A model generated the notes under the pieces. It searched no databases and was not told the DNA's origin. It saw only the letters and a program-made list of their open reading frames with translations. Below, piece after piece: positions 40,036 through 52,447 of a stretch of 64,000 bases of DNA (its first letter is position 1; each line of letters begins with the position of its first letter). Source of the stretch: Haliotis rubra (lineage: Eukaryota); assembly GCF_003918875.1 (NCBI RefSeq), contig NW_025765753.1, positions 1 to 64,000 of the forward strand. Direction: 5' to 3'. Both the position numbers and the translations under genes were made by a program.

Positions 40036-40356
40036 TTTGGTTGAGTGATGTCCTGCGTCCCAGTGTAAGCCTTTCCATGGACTGCTTTCCTTTCGCGACT
40101 GCTACAGACAAGGACAGACTGCACCCGTACCAAGCGAATGGTCCAAGAACCAGTCTAACTTTTCCATAAAAACTGCCGCGGCATGGCGTAAGGCGTGACC
40201 TCCATGACTGCGTTCCTGTCTTAAATAAGATATGACATGCGGCTGCGCATGTGCAACGTAGAATATCAGGTTACGGAAGCAGTTGAACCAAACTCTATGG
40301 CCGATGTCTTCCTCGTGACAGACATCTAAATTGATTCACCTTCTCTCGGGCTGGCG

Positions 40357-40515
40357 TAGACTAACAACTAGTCTCAAAAAACAAAATATATAATGAAAAG
40401 GAGCCCTGAGACTTTCTTCATTTTCAGAAGCTGAGGAAATCTAGACTTGCCACATTTTCTAGACTTGTGTGAGCTTTCTTGGATATATTTGCTTCAGGGT
40501 CTGTACGACAGACTA
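40357..40515 (+). mobile_element. TAG-ended non-autonomous element (AcademH-like)
   Basis: TAGACTAACAACTAGTCTC...GACAGACTA; degenerate 9-bp TSD GGGCTGGCG/GGCCTGACG; nearly identical to 43035-43232. Confidence 0.75.
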
Positions 40516-40634
40516 GGCCTGACGTTGTTGACCTAATTAACGTGTAAGCACAGCTAAATGTACTTGTGGTATCGAACACATTCTGTGCATGGATGTACGG
40601 GCGATACTTGCGAATGATGATGCAGGGGCTCTGG

Positions 40635-40810
40635 TAGACTAACATCTAGTCTCTGAAATGAACATGTTTTACAAAAAAGAAACAGTTCCTAAATTATGAT
40701 CATAAAATATAGTGAAAAGGAGCCCAGAGACTTTCTCCAATTTCAGAAACTGTGGAAATCTAGCCTTACCACAAATTCTTGACTCGCATGGATAAAATTC
40801 TTTCAGGGTC
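40635..40810 (+). mobile_element. Truncated copy of the same TAG-ended element
   Basis: tagactaacatctagtctctgaaatgaacat...aaaaggagcccagagactttctc...ggaaatctag. Confidence 0.7.
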
Positions 40811-41960
40811 CTGATTATTCCAATCTCATCTTATGCCCCTTTCGGATCACTGGACTACCATCAATAACATGATAGTGGGTAACACGAAAAATATTAACAC
40901 TCTCGCGTACTTAATTCTGAAACGAAAAATTTGCTTTGGAAGGTTAGAAAATTGCACGATCAGACTCTTTACAATCGGAAGGTGAGACGATCGTTATATC
41001 ATTAGAAACCGCTGTGATACAATATTATGAATTCGTCGAAAAACCGTTGACACATTCATTTCAAGTGTATATAAAGAATGACGCTTCTCTTTTAACGGAA
41101 AAAAGCGACTTGTGTCGAAAACATCGCTCATCGTCTCCCTTTTACCGTAAGCACGTCGAAGATTGATCGCCCCATACACGATACTGTTCCTTCATAATAC
41201 TTGACCATGTCCACTTTGACCATGACTGCGTCTTCACAGCCAATTGACTAGATAACGCCCGAAGAAGGAGACTTAACACAATGCAGCCTTCCTTCGCCTT
41301 CCTCGACGGCCGTTTCCTTCGCCGGCGACACAATGGACGTTGTTGACTCTGGGTCAAGCTGGTGGCCAGGCTGTCTGAAGCCGTTGAAACTGCCGTCCTG
41401 AATCCCCAAGTCATGTGATTGAAGGGACAGTTATAAGTCATCTATCAACACTCGAAAAAGTATCAATGTTTTTAGATGTGAGACGAGAATATTGAATCTT
41501 TGGTCGCGACTGACAAATCAAATATTTGATAGGCAAAACCAAACATGTCCATATGTTTGGTTAGGAAGAAACCAACAGGAGTCTGTTACGCAAGGCTCAC
41601 AATCCGTGGTAAGAAAACCAGATAGTATTTGGGTTACTAGAATTGCAAAGCTTCATCGAATTACTTCTTTATTGGTGCTGAAACACGTACGTGTGATTAC
41701 TGACGGGGACTTGTGGTGTTGTAGAAGGGATTATGTTTTGATAAACCCTCATTGGTAAGTAACGTCTGATGAGACGATGTCAGCCGCCCCACGGTGACCT
41801 TGAACACAACTGTTCTTAAACAAACAAACAAACAAACAAAAAAGGCAACAAACAAACACTGCCATCCTGAAATGGATTTAAAATTCGTCTTCATATTTTG
41901 TAATTTTAGTTGCTGACAATTTGTGAGAGTTAATATCTCCATCTTCTTCATTGTATTTAG

Positions 41961-42066
41961 GTTGATCACTGGATTGTCTGGTCCAGACTCGATTATTTAC
42001 AGACCGCCGCCATATATAGCTGAAATATTGCTGAGTATGGCGTAAAACTAAACTTACTCACTCACA
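41961..42066 (+). mobile_element. SINE family B, 5'-truncated
   Basis: 3' body and (ACTC) tail; TSD CATTGTATTTAG (41949-41960, 42067-42078). Confidence 0.88.
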
Positions 42067-42078
42067 CATTGTATTTAG

Positions 42079-42244
42079 TGAGTGAGTGAGTTGGGTTTTA
42101 CGCTGCTTTTAGCAATATTCTTGCAATATCACGGCGGGGGACACCAGAAATGGGCTTCACACATTGTGCCCATGTGGGGAATCGAACCAAGGTCTTCGGC
42201 GTGACGAGCGAACGCCTTAACCACTAGGCTACCCCACCGCCCAA
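42079..42244 (-). mobile_element. SINE family A, full length
   Basis: Complete head, core and tail; TSD ATTGTATTTAG (42068-42078, 42245-42255). Confidence 0.9.
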
Positions 42245-42359
42245 ATTGTATTTAGGAAGTTGAACGCCGTACTATTGAACCGCGTTATATGTCATATGTG
42301 TTGCTTTTCAAAATGAACTACACGAGAGCGTTTATATTAACATACCAGTTTATACCACA

Positions 42360-42426
42360 CTGTTGTTGCTTTTGTTGCAGCTGCTACTGCCACTGCTACT
42401 ACTATTGCTACTGCTACTGCAACTGC
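42360..42426 (+). repeat. Imperfect (TGC/TAC)n trinucleotide-type repeat
   Basis: tgttgttgct...ctgctactgccactgctactactattgctactgctactgc. Confidence 0.75.
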
Positions 42427-42738
42427 TTACCTAAGTCTACAGAGACATCTACAGGTTCATCGATACCGTCGAGAGATACTCGTCCTGTTATTTAACGCAA
42501 AAGAATGTTGTAATTGTCATTTGCTTATTGCCTTAACCAACAAGATAACCAAACCCACCAACCTTCTTAACATAGCAGATGTAAGGAGACACTTTTAAAA
42601 CGATACATTGGCAACGTATCTAACTGTACTTTCATGTAGCACGAATCAAAGACCTACACCGTACCAACAAAAGCAATATATAGATAACTTATAATATCTT
42701 TGTATTTAGTACTGCCCTCTGCAACATTAGAACCTAAT

Positions 42739-42945
42739 TAGTCTGTCATACAGATCTTCAAACAAATATACCCAATGCAGCCCGTGCAAGTCTAGAATGT
42801 GTGGCAAGTCTAGATTACCGCAGTTTCAGGGTCTCTGAAAATGAAGAAAGTCTCTTTGCTCCTTTTTATTGTATTTATAATATTAATTAATAACCTTTTA
42901 TTTTTTGTAAAACATGTTTATATCAGAGACTATCCGTTATTTTAG
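42739..42945 (-). mobile_element. Inverted copy of the TAG-ended element
   Basis: tagtctgtcatacaga...gtggcaagtctagatt...aaaatgaagaaagtctc...tcagagacta is the reverse complement of the family consensus. Confidence 0.7.
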
Positions 42946-43034
42946 AACCTATATTATGGCGGTCACTAAATATTCGAGCCTGGGCCAGACAATCCAGTGT
43001 TTGACGACATGAACACCTCTCTCTACACCACTGG

Positions 43035-43232
43035 TAGACTAACAACTAGTCTCTGAAATGAACATATTTTACTGAAAAAAGTTCATAGTAAAATATAAAA
43101 AATATATAATGAAAAGGAGCCCTGAGACTTTCTTCATTTACCTGAAGCTGAGGAAATCTAGACTTGCCACATTTTCTAGACTTGTGTGGGCTTTCTTGGA
43201 TATATTTGCTTCAGGGTCTGTACGACAGACTA
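43035..43232 (+). mobile_element. TAG-ended non-autonomous element (AcademH-like)
   Basis: TAG...CTA termini; perfect 9-bp TSD CACCACTGG (43026-43034, 43233-43241). Confidence 0.8.
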
Positions 43233-43709
43233 CACCACTGGGATTTTTTTCATCTCTTTGCAGTTCACAGAGTAAACGAAAACATAATTGACAAGGGACA
43301 TGTAAATTCATCATACACCTGACAAGTCTCTTTGATGTCGTTATGGTAAAACTATGCAGAGAAGATAAAACGAAAGCATGGGTATTCTATTCAAACTGTA
43401 TCTGGACCAGATGAATATTTTTTGTCTTTGTTGCTTAAAGCCACCATCAGTATTCCAGTTAACGATCCACCGCGATTGATATCGTGAGCAACGAGTCATC
43501 CGTGTACCATGATACGCTGTCGACAAAAGTCGCCGAGCCTCATTATCAAATACATTTGACTGCCTCACACCACTACCATACGGTGCTGCATGTTGACCAG
43601 TTCAACGCGGATGCACACTGAGGAGATACTCCAGTCAAATACCGTTGTGTCGAACTTCCGGTTATGGTTGATATCAGAATATTCATTATGCATTTGTGTC
43701 CATAGCACG

Positions 43710-43890
43710 AGTGAGTGAGTGAGTGTAGTTTTACGCCGCATTCAGCAATATTCCAGCTATATGGCGGTGGTCTGTAGATAATCGAGTCTGGACCAGACAA
43801 TCCAATGATCAACAGCATGAGTATCGATCTGCGCAATTGGGATACGATAACATGTGTCAAGCAAGTCAGCGTACCTGACCACCCGACCCC
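43710..43890 (-). mobile_element. SINE family B, 5'-truncated
   Basis: Family body; degenerate TSD GTCCATAGCACG/GTCGATAGCTCG. Confidence 0.85.
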
Positions 43891-43924
43891 GTCGATAGCT
43901 CGCTAATGATCAATCTGTATGGTG

Positions 43925-44040
43925 TGTGAGTGAGTTAGTTTAGTTTTATGCCGCTATTAGCAATATTCCAGCAATATCACGGCAGGGAACACCAGAAATG
44001 GGCTTCACACACTGTGTGCATGTGAGAAATCAAACCCTAG
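43925..44040 (-). mobile_element. SINE family A, partial
   Basis: Tail and core match the family consensus. Confidence 0.8.
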
Positions 44041-44802
44041 CCTAATGTTTCAAACTTTCGGATGAACGACAAAAAAACAGATTCGATTCCTCACACGGGT
44101 ACCATGTGTGAGACCCAGATAGTGATATTGCTGTAATGTTGCCAAAGCAGCGTAAAACACTATACACTCGTTCACTCTTTTCGATGTACCTGGTTGAACA
44201 CAGAAACAATGTCTATGATGATTCATCTAATGCAGTGAATCACAACAGGTCAGACCCATTCTATTATTGATGCACGATGCAGGATCTACCAAGCCACATG
44301 TGACTCACTGAAAAAACAATGTCATATATATTTCCAGTTTGTGAGTCATCTGCCTTCCTCATAAAATATTTTGGCTGCAGTACTTTCAATGTGGTTTCTC
44401 TTCCTTGTTCCTAAAATCCGATACGTGAAATCTGTTTCCTTTTCTGATTTGATGCCTTGTTTCGACAGATTATGTTCCAAAGATAATGTTTTCCTACAAC
44501 TGATAACAAAGTGCTTTAAAATTAAAGGGAACTAAAAGAAAACACAAAATTTCAAGAATGTGGGTCTTTTCATACCTGATGACACATATGTCAGTCACGT
44601 GTCAAAACTGCAGTCGAGATTATACAGATATGTTCCATATTAAACTGGGGGGGTGACAGATGCTTGCCCTGGATGCATGTTGTGTTAAGATGTTTTAGTT
44701 ATGTTGAGACTTGTGACGTACTAGTGTAAGTTAATTGACAGGTTATGCATGGGGAAGATCAAGAGACGCTCTTGAGGCTCTAGGGCACAATATAGATTGT
44801 GA

Positions 44803-44930
44803 CTGAGTGAGTATGGTTTTACGCCGCTTTTAGCAATATTCCAGCAATATCACGGCGGGGGACACCAGAAATGGTCATCGCACACTGTAGCTATGTGGGT
44901 ATCGAACCCGGGTCTAAGACGTGAGGCGCA
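44803..44930 (-). mobile_element. SINE family A, head degenerate, just left of the Tc1
   Basis: gagtgagt...ttttacgccgcttttagcaatattccagcaatatcacggcgggggacaccagaaatgg...atcgaacccggg. Confidence 0.85.
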
Positions 44931-44967
44931 AACAGCCCAATTGTTAAAGCGTTTGCTCGTCAATATA

Positions 44968-46492
44968 TACTCTCCCAAAAAAGAAACGCATCATGAAAAT
45001 AGCAATTTCATGTAGCAATGAATTAAAACGTGATTCATTTTACAAAAGGTTTTGCTCTGTTTATGAGTCCTATGGTGTTTATGTTTGAAACATCACAACA
45101 AAACGCACCATCCGTAAAATACCCGTATGTAACAGCATGATTTTCAATTTCGGCGTGTAGTGTCACAGAATACACAATTCACATGCAATGCACGTGAAAG
45201 TTGGAAATCAGATAGTCTCAATGATGGGTATAAAAGGTTGATCGCTGTCTGTCGAGTATTCACTGTATTTGGAATATTGTTGACGAACGCAAAATGCCAC
45301 GTCTAAGTGAAGCCAACCGTCATATCGCCACTGGTTTGCTTGAAGCTGGCCAGTCTCAACGTGCAGTTGCCCGACGCATGAATGTTCACCAAAGCACCAT
45401 TTCACGGCTCTGGGAGAGATATCGCCGGCAGAATGCGGTAGCAGATGCCCCTCGTAGTGGGCGACCTCGAACGACCACTGCGGCGCAGGATCGCTACATC
45501 CGGGTACATCACCTGCGTCATCGAACAGCTACGGCGACCAGTACCGCTCGACAAATACCCGGATTGAGGAGGCTTTCTGCACAGACCGTCAGGAACAGGT
45601 TGAGAGAGGCTGGTTTACGTGCCAGAAGACCTTATTTTGGCCCTGTGCTTCGACAACAACACCGTCGACATCGAGTTCAGTGGTGCACCAACGTTCAGGC
45701 CTCAAACCTACCGAATTGGCGTAGAATCTGGTTCAGTGATGAATCACGATTTCTATTGGAACGACGCGATGGAAGAATGCGGGTGTACAGACGTCGACGT
45801 GAACATTTCGCCGACGCTTGCGTTCCCCAGGTGGGCAGATTCTGCTGGGGAAGTGTTAGGATGTGGGGAGCGATCACCTGCCGTAGGAGAAGTGATTTGG
45901 TGATGATCCAGGGCAATCTGACAGCTCAACGGTACTGTGACGAAATCCTACGCCCACACCTCCTTCCAATCATTGATCGCCAGAGGGAGTTGTTTCAACA
46001 GGACAATGCCAGGCCCCACACAGCACGTCACACTAGAGACATCCTCCAGAACAACAACATCAATGTGCTCCCCTGGCCCTCAAGATCACCGGATTTTAAC
46101 CCGATCGAACATCTGTGGGGTGCCCTGGACAGACGGGTGCGACGCTGTAACCCTCAGCCCCAGACATTTCAGCAACTCGCACAGGCACTACAGGCAGTGG
46201 GCTGCGATTGGGCAACACGAGATTCTGAGACTTATTCGTTCGATGCCGAGACGATGCCGTGCAGTTCTGGATGCCCACCGTGGTCACACGAGGTATTGAC
46301 TTCAGCGCCACCACACGTCTCCATGTGACACTCAAACTGACTTTCCTCGAGTTGGTGCCAAATACGGATAAGTCTGCATTCCCAGTGTGCAATTTCGCTA
46401 TATTTCATTGACTCATAAAGCCTACAAGATGTCTCAAAATAAACATAAAAATACAGTTGAAATTCCTATCTGCGTTTCTTTTTTGGAGAGTA
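44968..46492 (+). mobile_element. Tc1-family DNA transposon (~1.5 kb), near intact
   Basis: Terminal inverted repeats TACTCTCC(C)AAAAAAGAAACGCA (44968-44990) and TGCGTTTCTTTTTTGGAGAGTA (46471-46492), sitting in a TA-rich palindromic target. TATAAAA at 45229-45235 upstream of the transposase. Confidence 0.93.
45294..46299 (+). CDS. Tc1 DD34E transposase with one frameshift near 46195
   Basis: N-terminal HTH, GRPR linker, FSDESRF, FQQDNARPH and SPDFNPIEHLW with 34 residues between the second D and the E. The canonical C-terminus (LIRSMPRRCRAVLDAHRGHTRY*) is in another frame ending at 46299. Confidence 0.9.
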
Positions 46493-48534
46493 TATATTGT
46501 GAGGGTAAGACACTAAATACTAATTCAACAGACGTAGACAAAATTGTGGATTTTCTCGTCAACATTTTTCTTTATCTCACCACTTGACCTAAGTGGCGTT
46601 GAGTGAGTGGATGTATAGGGAGTATTTGGTGACTGAGTGAGCAAAATAATATTTTTGAGAGCAATCTATATATTCCTTTCACAGCTGTAACCAACCAATA
46701 TATTTGAACAATATCAAACAATCTATTCATCTTTACCTTCATTATTTAATTATATTTACGTTTGTGTATTGTCCATAAACCAAATTCTTCATTTCTTTTA
46801 AACCACTGCCGTCAAACTATTCGTTTGGGGCATATCTCGAACAAAATATTCTCCAACCCTCAACCCGAGAAATCAAGATGGAAACACTCCAAACATGCTT
46901 AAGGATAACCATTGCAGTTCCCCGTGTCTCTACTGTATGAACATCTGCTAAAGGAGATAGTCTAGTAATGCATTATCCTTCAGAAGCCGTCAGGGTGTGT
47001 TGAATAATTAGTTATACACGCCAATCAGCCATGTTATTCTCCAGGACCAGGTTGTCATTCCTAAAGAGGCTCGGCTCGGTCAGTTGTCGGTTTCAGCAGA
47101 TTTCGTGCAACATTTATTTATATATACATGTAGTCATTTTGTTTTTGTTTTCGCCTTTAGCGGCCATCCATAGGTCTGCCTGCTAGAGTAACTGCCCTTT
47201 ATCAAAGGGAAGTAACTCTAACCCGAATCTATGAGACATCGCGTTTATTTAGAGTAAAATATACCAAAGACCCTGTGTACATGCGTCTTAGGATATACGC
47301 ACAAAGACAAAATGAGACGTGTTCTATGGGCACACCGGCACTTATTTTGGCCATGTCCAGCCGTTTTGAATTGGTGGAAAAGACCGCGGAGGTCTAATGC
47401 TCTTCCTACTCGGATACAATGCCGTCCGGTAATTCCGCGCACATAAGCACATCGATCGCAACACGGCAACTAACGTCTCTTATTTTTTTGTGATTTACGT
47501 GACTAAACATGCTGGTATGCATCATATTTATATAAGACTATAAGATTCTAACGTTGCATTATGCCGTATGGTTGACCTTACCGGCGTTCTGACGACTTCG
47601 CTTGTTGTCCGGTAATTCTGCGCAGCAACTGATGCGCATAACATCCAGCTGGAGATCCGAAGTATGGAAGCGTATTAGGGCCAGATTATTTTCAAAAATC
47701 ACTTCATCAATGTAAGGAAGAGTGTTTCATATTAAATCCAATTATGAATAATGAAGAAAAAGGTTTAAAAGTCTGAAGAAAACGAATTTTTATAAAACTG
47801 TCAATTAATCTGTCAGTTTCTGTTACATTGTATTTACTTACCTTTAGTGATTAAAAGCCAGTCCCTTGTAGAAATGTCCCGATTTCAAGCGTAAATGTGG
47901 TAGCAGACAATTTTACCTTCGATACGGAAGTACGCTATTGCAGCTGCGCAGAATTACCGGAACCTGATATCGCTGGATGATAGTGATTAAGTTTCTTTTG
48001 CAATATTTATCTTCAAGGTGCACAACCGAGTAAAACACAGTGTTCAGTATCTTAAAATCGTTATGATTGTTTTGATAGTTGAAACATTGACCTCTTGCGT
48101 TTTTCTTCATATTCCGGAGGGTTCCGATTGACAAGTGCGACGCCATGTGTTTGTTTGTTAACAGGGAGGCATAATACACTGTACTGTAATAGACTCTGTT
48201 TATATTGCTATACATGTACCAGTAGTTGAAGATGAATACCATTTAAATTGTCAATGTTTAAAAAATGCATCAGATAGAATGTTTTCCACCTAACCTATAT
48301 ATTGGTAACCCGTGTAAAGATAGTCTCGTTAGTCTTGTGTCATCTAAGGATGATGTTTTGATAAGTGTTGCTACTTTTTCCTTAGTAGGGTATATTATGG
48401 CTGTACATTGTACACAAATGTTTTCACAGCTTTCAGAGGCAATAATGTATGACCATTACTGGTTTTACCAGCATCAAACCAAAATGTAAAAATATTCTGT
48501 AATGTGGGCCATGGCCTTGTATACTGAAAATAAA

Positions 48535-48567
48535 TCTGTCTGTCTGTCTGTCTGTCTGTTTGTTTGT
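48535..48567 (+). repeat. (TCTG)n/(TTTG)n microsatellite
   Basis: Direct reading of the sequence. Confidence 0.9.
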
Positions 48568-49665
48568 AAACACTGAAAAAGTACCTACCTGTCCTTTCAC
48601 ATTTGCATTCTTATGTGACCACAACAAGTACCGTTCTATTTTTTGACGATATTCTGCCGAGAATTCCCATTATATGATAGCATGTATTTTAATCTAAAGA
48701 TTTATTGTGTATATCAATAAAACCGTATTTTGTCCTAGTTACATTGAGTCATTGACACAATGTTTCAGTTCAGCACTAACTACAAAAACTAAACAAAGGC
48801 TGTGAATGTTGTCTAGTCCTCGTAGCTTCCCTTTAAGTATCATCCGGAACATCAATAACGCCAATCACCGTTTCTTGACACGGTGAGTCACTGTTGCTGG
48901 TAGTGCTTATACACATTTAAAGTACACCTTGGAATGTCTCCTGACTCTTCCCGAAGAGGTTAATTTGTTTAGAATGCAGGATCGACTTACCTGAAATCAC
49001 CGCTACTGCGGTATGGTGCGGTATCGTCCTGGCCAGGACATAGTGCCTGAATAAACATGCACTCCAATATGACTTCCTTTTGCTGAAAGTGAATATTATT
49101 TTACGTGGCTTAAGCAATGGTCCAGCAACATCACGGCCGGTGACGCCAGAAATGGCTTCAAACATTCACACTGCCAAAATGTGTTTTGAATATGTATATA
49201 CATACAAGACATGTTTAGATATACACGTGTTTAGGAATGTGCTTAAGTCTCAACGGAAAACACATTTGGTGTGTTCACGTAAACACGATTTGGGTCAAAA
49301 CACATGGAATGGGCTGCCGTCTCACAGCATAAAACACCACCTAAACACATCACCGTTATCTAGGTTAACATTACCCGAAAACACAATCATAAGCATGCTT
49401 AGACCTCTAAACGTGTTCAAATTATGAGACAAGTAACGTGCTTAAGTTTGTGTGTAGGATGTAAACACATTTTAACATTGTACCCATGTGTGAATCGAAC
49501 CTATGTTCGGTGTGGTGTGCGAACGCCTGTAACAATTAGGGTACACGACCACCAGCTTGTTAAGACCTGCATGTTCCAGCAAACAGCAAAGAATAGAAAT
49601 ATATAAATGTAACTTTCTTAGATATGACCTGGGTGTTTACAAGGGATTTATTCTACTGGGTTTAT

Positions 49666-49820
49666 GGGGGCGGTGGGGTAGCCTAGTGTTTGCTCGTAAT
49701 ACTGAGGGCCCGGGTTCCATTCCCCACATGGGTACAATGTGTAAAACCCATTTCTGGTGTCCCCCGCCGTGATATGGCTGGAATATTGCTCAAAGCGGTG
49801 TAAAATCATACTCACTCACT
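49666..49820 (+). mobile_element. SINE family A
   Basis: gggcggtggggtagcctagtg head, catttctggtgtcccccgccgtgat core, (ACTC)n tail. Confidence 0.88.
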
Positions 49821-50359
49821 ACTGGTCCTGTAAAATATCCCGTGTATAGGAATAAATAGGAATAAATTCTGTCAAACATACTCATATCTTCATTTATCCA
49901 GTGTGTTACATCCCCGTTACATTATAGTAATAAATATAGAACTACGATGATCTGGATAATCGAGGATGACAACCGTAAGGAAAATGTGCGCTCAGCTGTT
50001 AACATTAAGTGGAACTAAATATGAAAGCAGCTTCGTTTTACCATCTTTGAGTATCATCTGCTCATCCCTGAATCCCGAAAACTACTTGACACAAATCTCA
50101 ACTGCACGTGTGAGAATCCAATCAAGAAACGCAGAACAAAATCCCGTAGAACCTAGGTCGTTAAAAGGAGTGGTTTGACGTTAAATCATTGAATTTAAAA
50201 AAAATAAATTAAAATGTCATTTAAACTTTTCAATCAAAGTGCATGTATCATATTCACGTATATAAATACCCTATAAAGAGACCCTCAAATAGTACCAGTT
50301 GAAAAACAGGAAAGTTATATGGCGTAAATGTGCTGGGGAATGACATGAACTGAGATTGT

Positions 50360-50530
50360 CTGTTTGTTGTTTAACGCCGCACTGGGCAATATTCCAGCTA
50401 TATGACGGCGGTCTGTAGATAATCGAGTCTGGAGCAGACAAGCCAGTGATCAACAGCATGTGGATCGATCTACGAAAGTGGGATACGATGACATGTGTCA
50501 ACCAAGTTATCGAGTCTGATCACCGATATC
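50360..50530 (-). mobile_element. SINE family B, partial
   Basis: aatattccagctatatgacggcggtctgtagataatcgagtctgg...gggatacgatgacatgtgtcaaccaagt. Confidence 0.82.
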
Positions 50531-50923
50531 GCGTTCAATATGAGAGTTGAACGTGGATTTGGCTCTAACACTTGGGGCGCTCCCGTGTCCACGTGCCCAT
50601 AAATGAAGCGGGCATCACCATTCCCAATTGAAATAACAATTATATATTACTCAAATGTAAAATGTTTTACTCATGCTTTCTAAAACAATAACTGAACTAC
50701 TAAACTACATTACGAAATTATTGAACAGACATAAAAAAGACCTGTATCTTTGCGTCCTCTTGAACACTGTTCCTATCACGAACATTATTATTTGAACAAA
50801 CTAACAGTGCTTTACGACACAAAAGGGCCCGTTAGCATATTAAATATACATTTTTCGAGAAGTGTTCAACCAATAAATATACATTATCTACCAGTCACAG
50901 TAAAGGCACATTTAACTAAAGCT

Positions 50924-51092
50924 TAGTCTCCGAAGGTCTATAATTTTGATAGAAACAACAACTAGATTAACTTGAAACGAAATCAATGAGAGATGGGAAA
51001 TGTAAAATTGCTTCATTTAGGACTATAGTATTGCAGATTTGACAGGGCGGAAAGGAAAATAAAATTGTTGAGGGACTGTGTCACAGATCAAT
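50924..51092 (+). mobile_element. Diverged copy of the 38032-type TAG-ended element
   Basis: tagtctccgaa...aattttgatagaaacaac...agggactgtgtcacaga matches the reverse complement of 38032-38225. Confidence 0.55.
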
Positions 51093-52447
51093 GGCGGCCG
51101 TGATATATCAGGAATTCCGGATTCTATCTGACAGTTTTTTACAAGTTTCCTACCGACGTTAAACAAACATTATTTCCAAGTTTCCGGACCCACTGCAATA
51201 ATTCTATTTCCACATGGGTTTTACTGGGTGCGCGAGTAGTTCCACTTAATCGTACAGCTTAGTTTCCTGCACGATGAAGTCATTGGGAAACCACTTCAGT
51301 CGAACAGTCTCCCCACATACGGGAATTATAACACGGCGATTATTTACTTTAAGTCATGAATAAGGACCTCTGACTGGCAAAGGAAGGAGCTCAATATCAA
51401 GCCTTCCGTCTGTTTGCCCTCACTATAGTCAATGAGGTTTACTTTCACATATCCTTTCCCTTAAGAAAACAGAACCTGGTCATACCATACTCTGAACCGT
51501 ATGGCACGGGGGAATCTCCGCCTTCTAATTGGCGAATCTACATAAGCATATACTACAATGAAGCCAGGTGTAGAAGGACAATGTTTCTTCATCTCGAGGC
51601 TTGATTTGTATCAATGGAATTTCTTGCTCAAACAGGACATAAGTACGCGGACGTATGTGTTCAGGTACATATTGGGTGGTCTGCCGTGTTAAAGTATCCT
51701 TGAATCTTCGACTGTCTGGTTTGGTTGTGTTCTGGAGAGTCTCCCCCAAAGGTCAAACTGCGTACAATCTGTGAGCTGGCATAAAATTGAGCCCATTGCC
51801 TGGTTTGTCGACAGTGAACATAGTTTACTTATTATTGAAGCTGATTAGACACATCTGTCTTGGACGCTCCGACAATGGCGCATTGTGACCTTCTTGGGAT
51901 TCGACCTGTTACAACACTCCACAATCATCGACGTTCTGTTCGAACATTTTCGTAATATGCTCCGTATAATAATGAAAAGACTTGCACAAGTCTCTAAGGT
52001 AATAATTAATAGTTTAAATGATAATTTCTCAAAAATATTAATATCCCTCTAACAGAATGGCGTCCTTGGATGTACTGTTCCCTTATCTAGACTTGTCTCT
52101 CTAGGATGAATTACTATACATCCGTAGGCTCAGCATTCTCAGTACAGCCTTGGAGCAAGGCTAAATTATGATTAGTTAGAATTTGAATATATACTCATGC
52201 CAATAATGGTTGTCACCCCTCCCACTCAGTACAGCCTTCCCCAGCACCCTCTCACCAATTAAAAATTGAAGGGGTGACAATCTATTGGCATCTGAATATA
52301 CATGGGTATAAAGAAGCTATTTGAATGTGTGAGCGACTGTGTTTTTACGCCGTTTTAGCAATATCACGGCGGGGGTGGAGGGGGTGATTTCTTACCGTCA
52401 TGTTTTTCAAATACCTACATCATGTTACATTTTCAAGGTAGCCTATC

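Noticed and set aside
40820-41450. Possible gene or transposase fragment on the minus strand
   Set aside because: Short ORFs with no motif or splice structure I can support.
51100-51960. Coding-like composition on the minus strand (ORF 51525-51749)
   Set aside because: No recognisable motif, and stops interrupt the frame I translated. It may be a decayed element; a translated homology search is needed.
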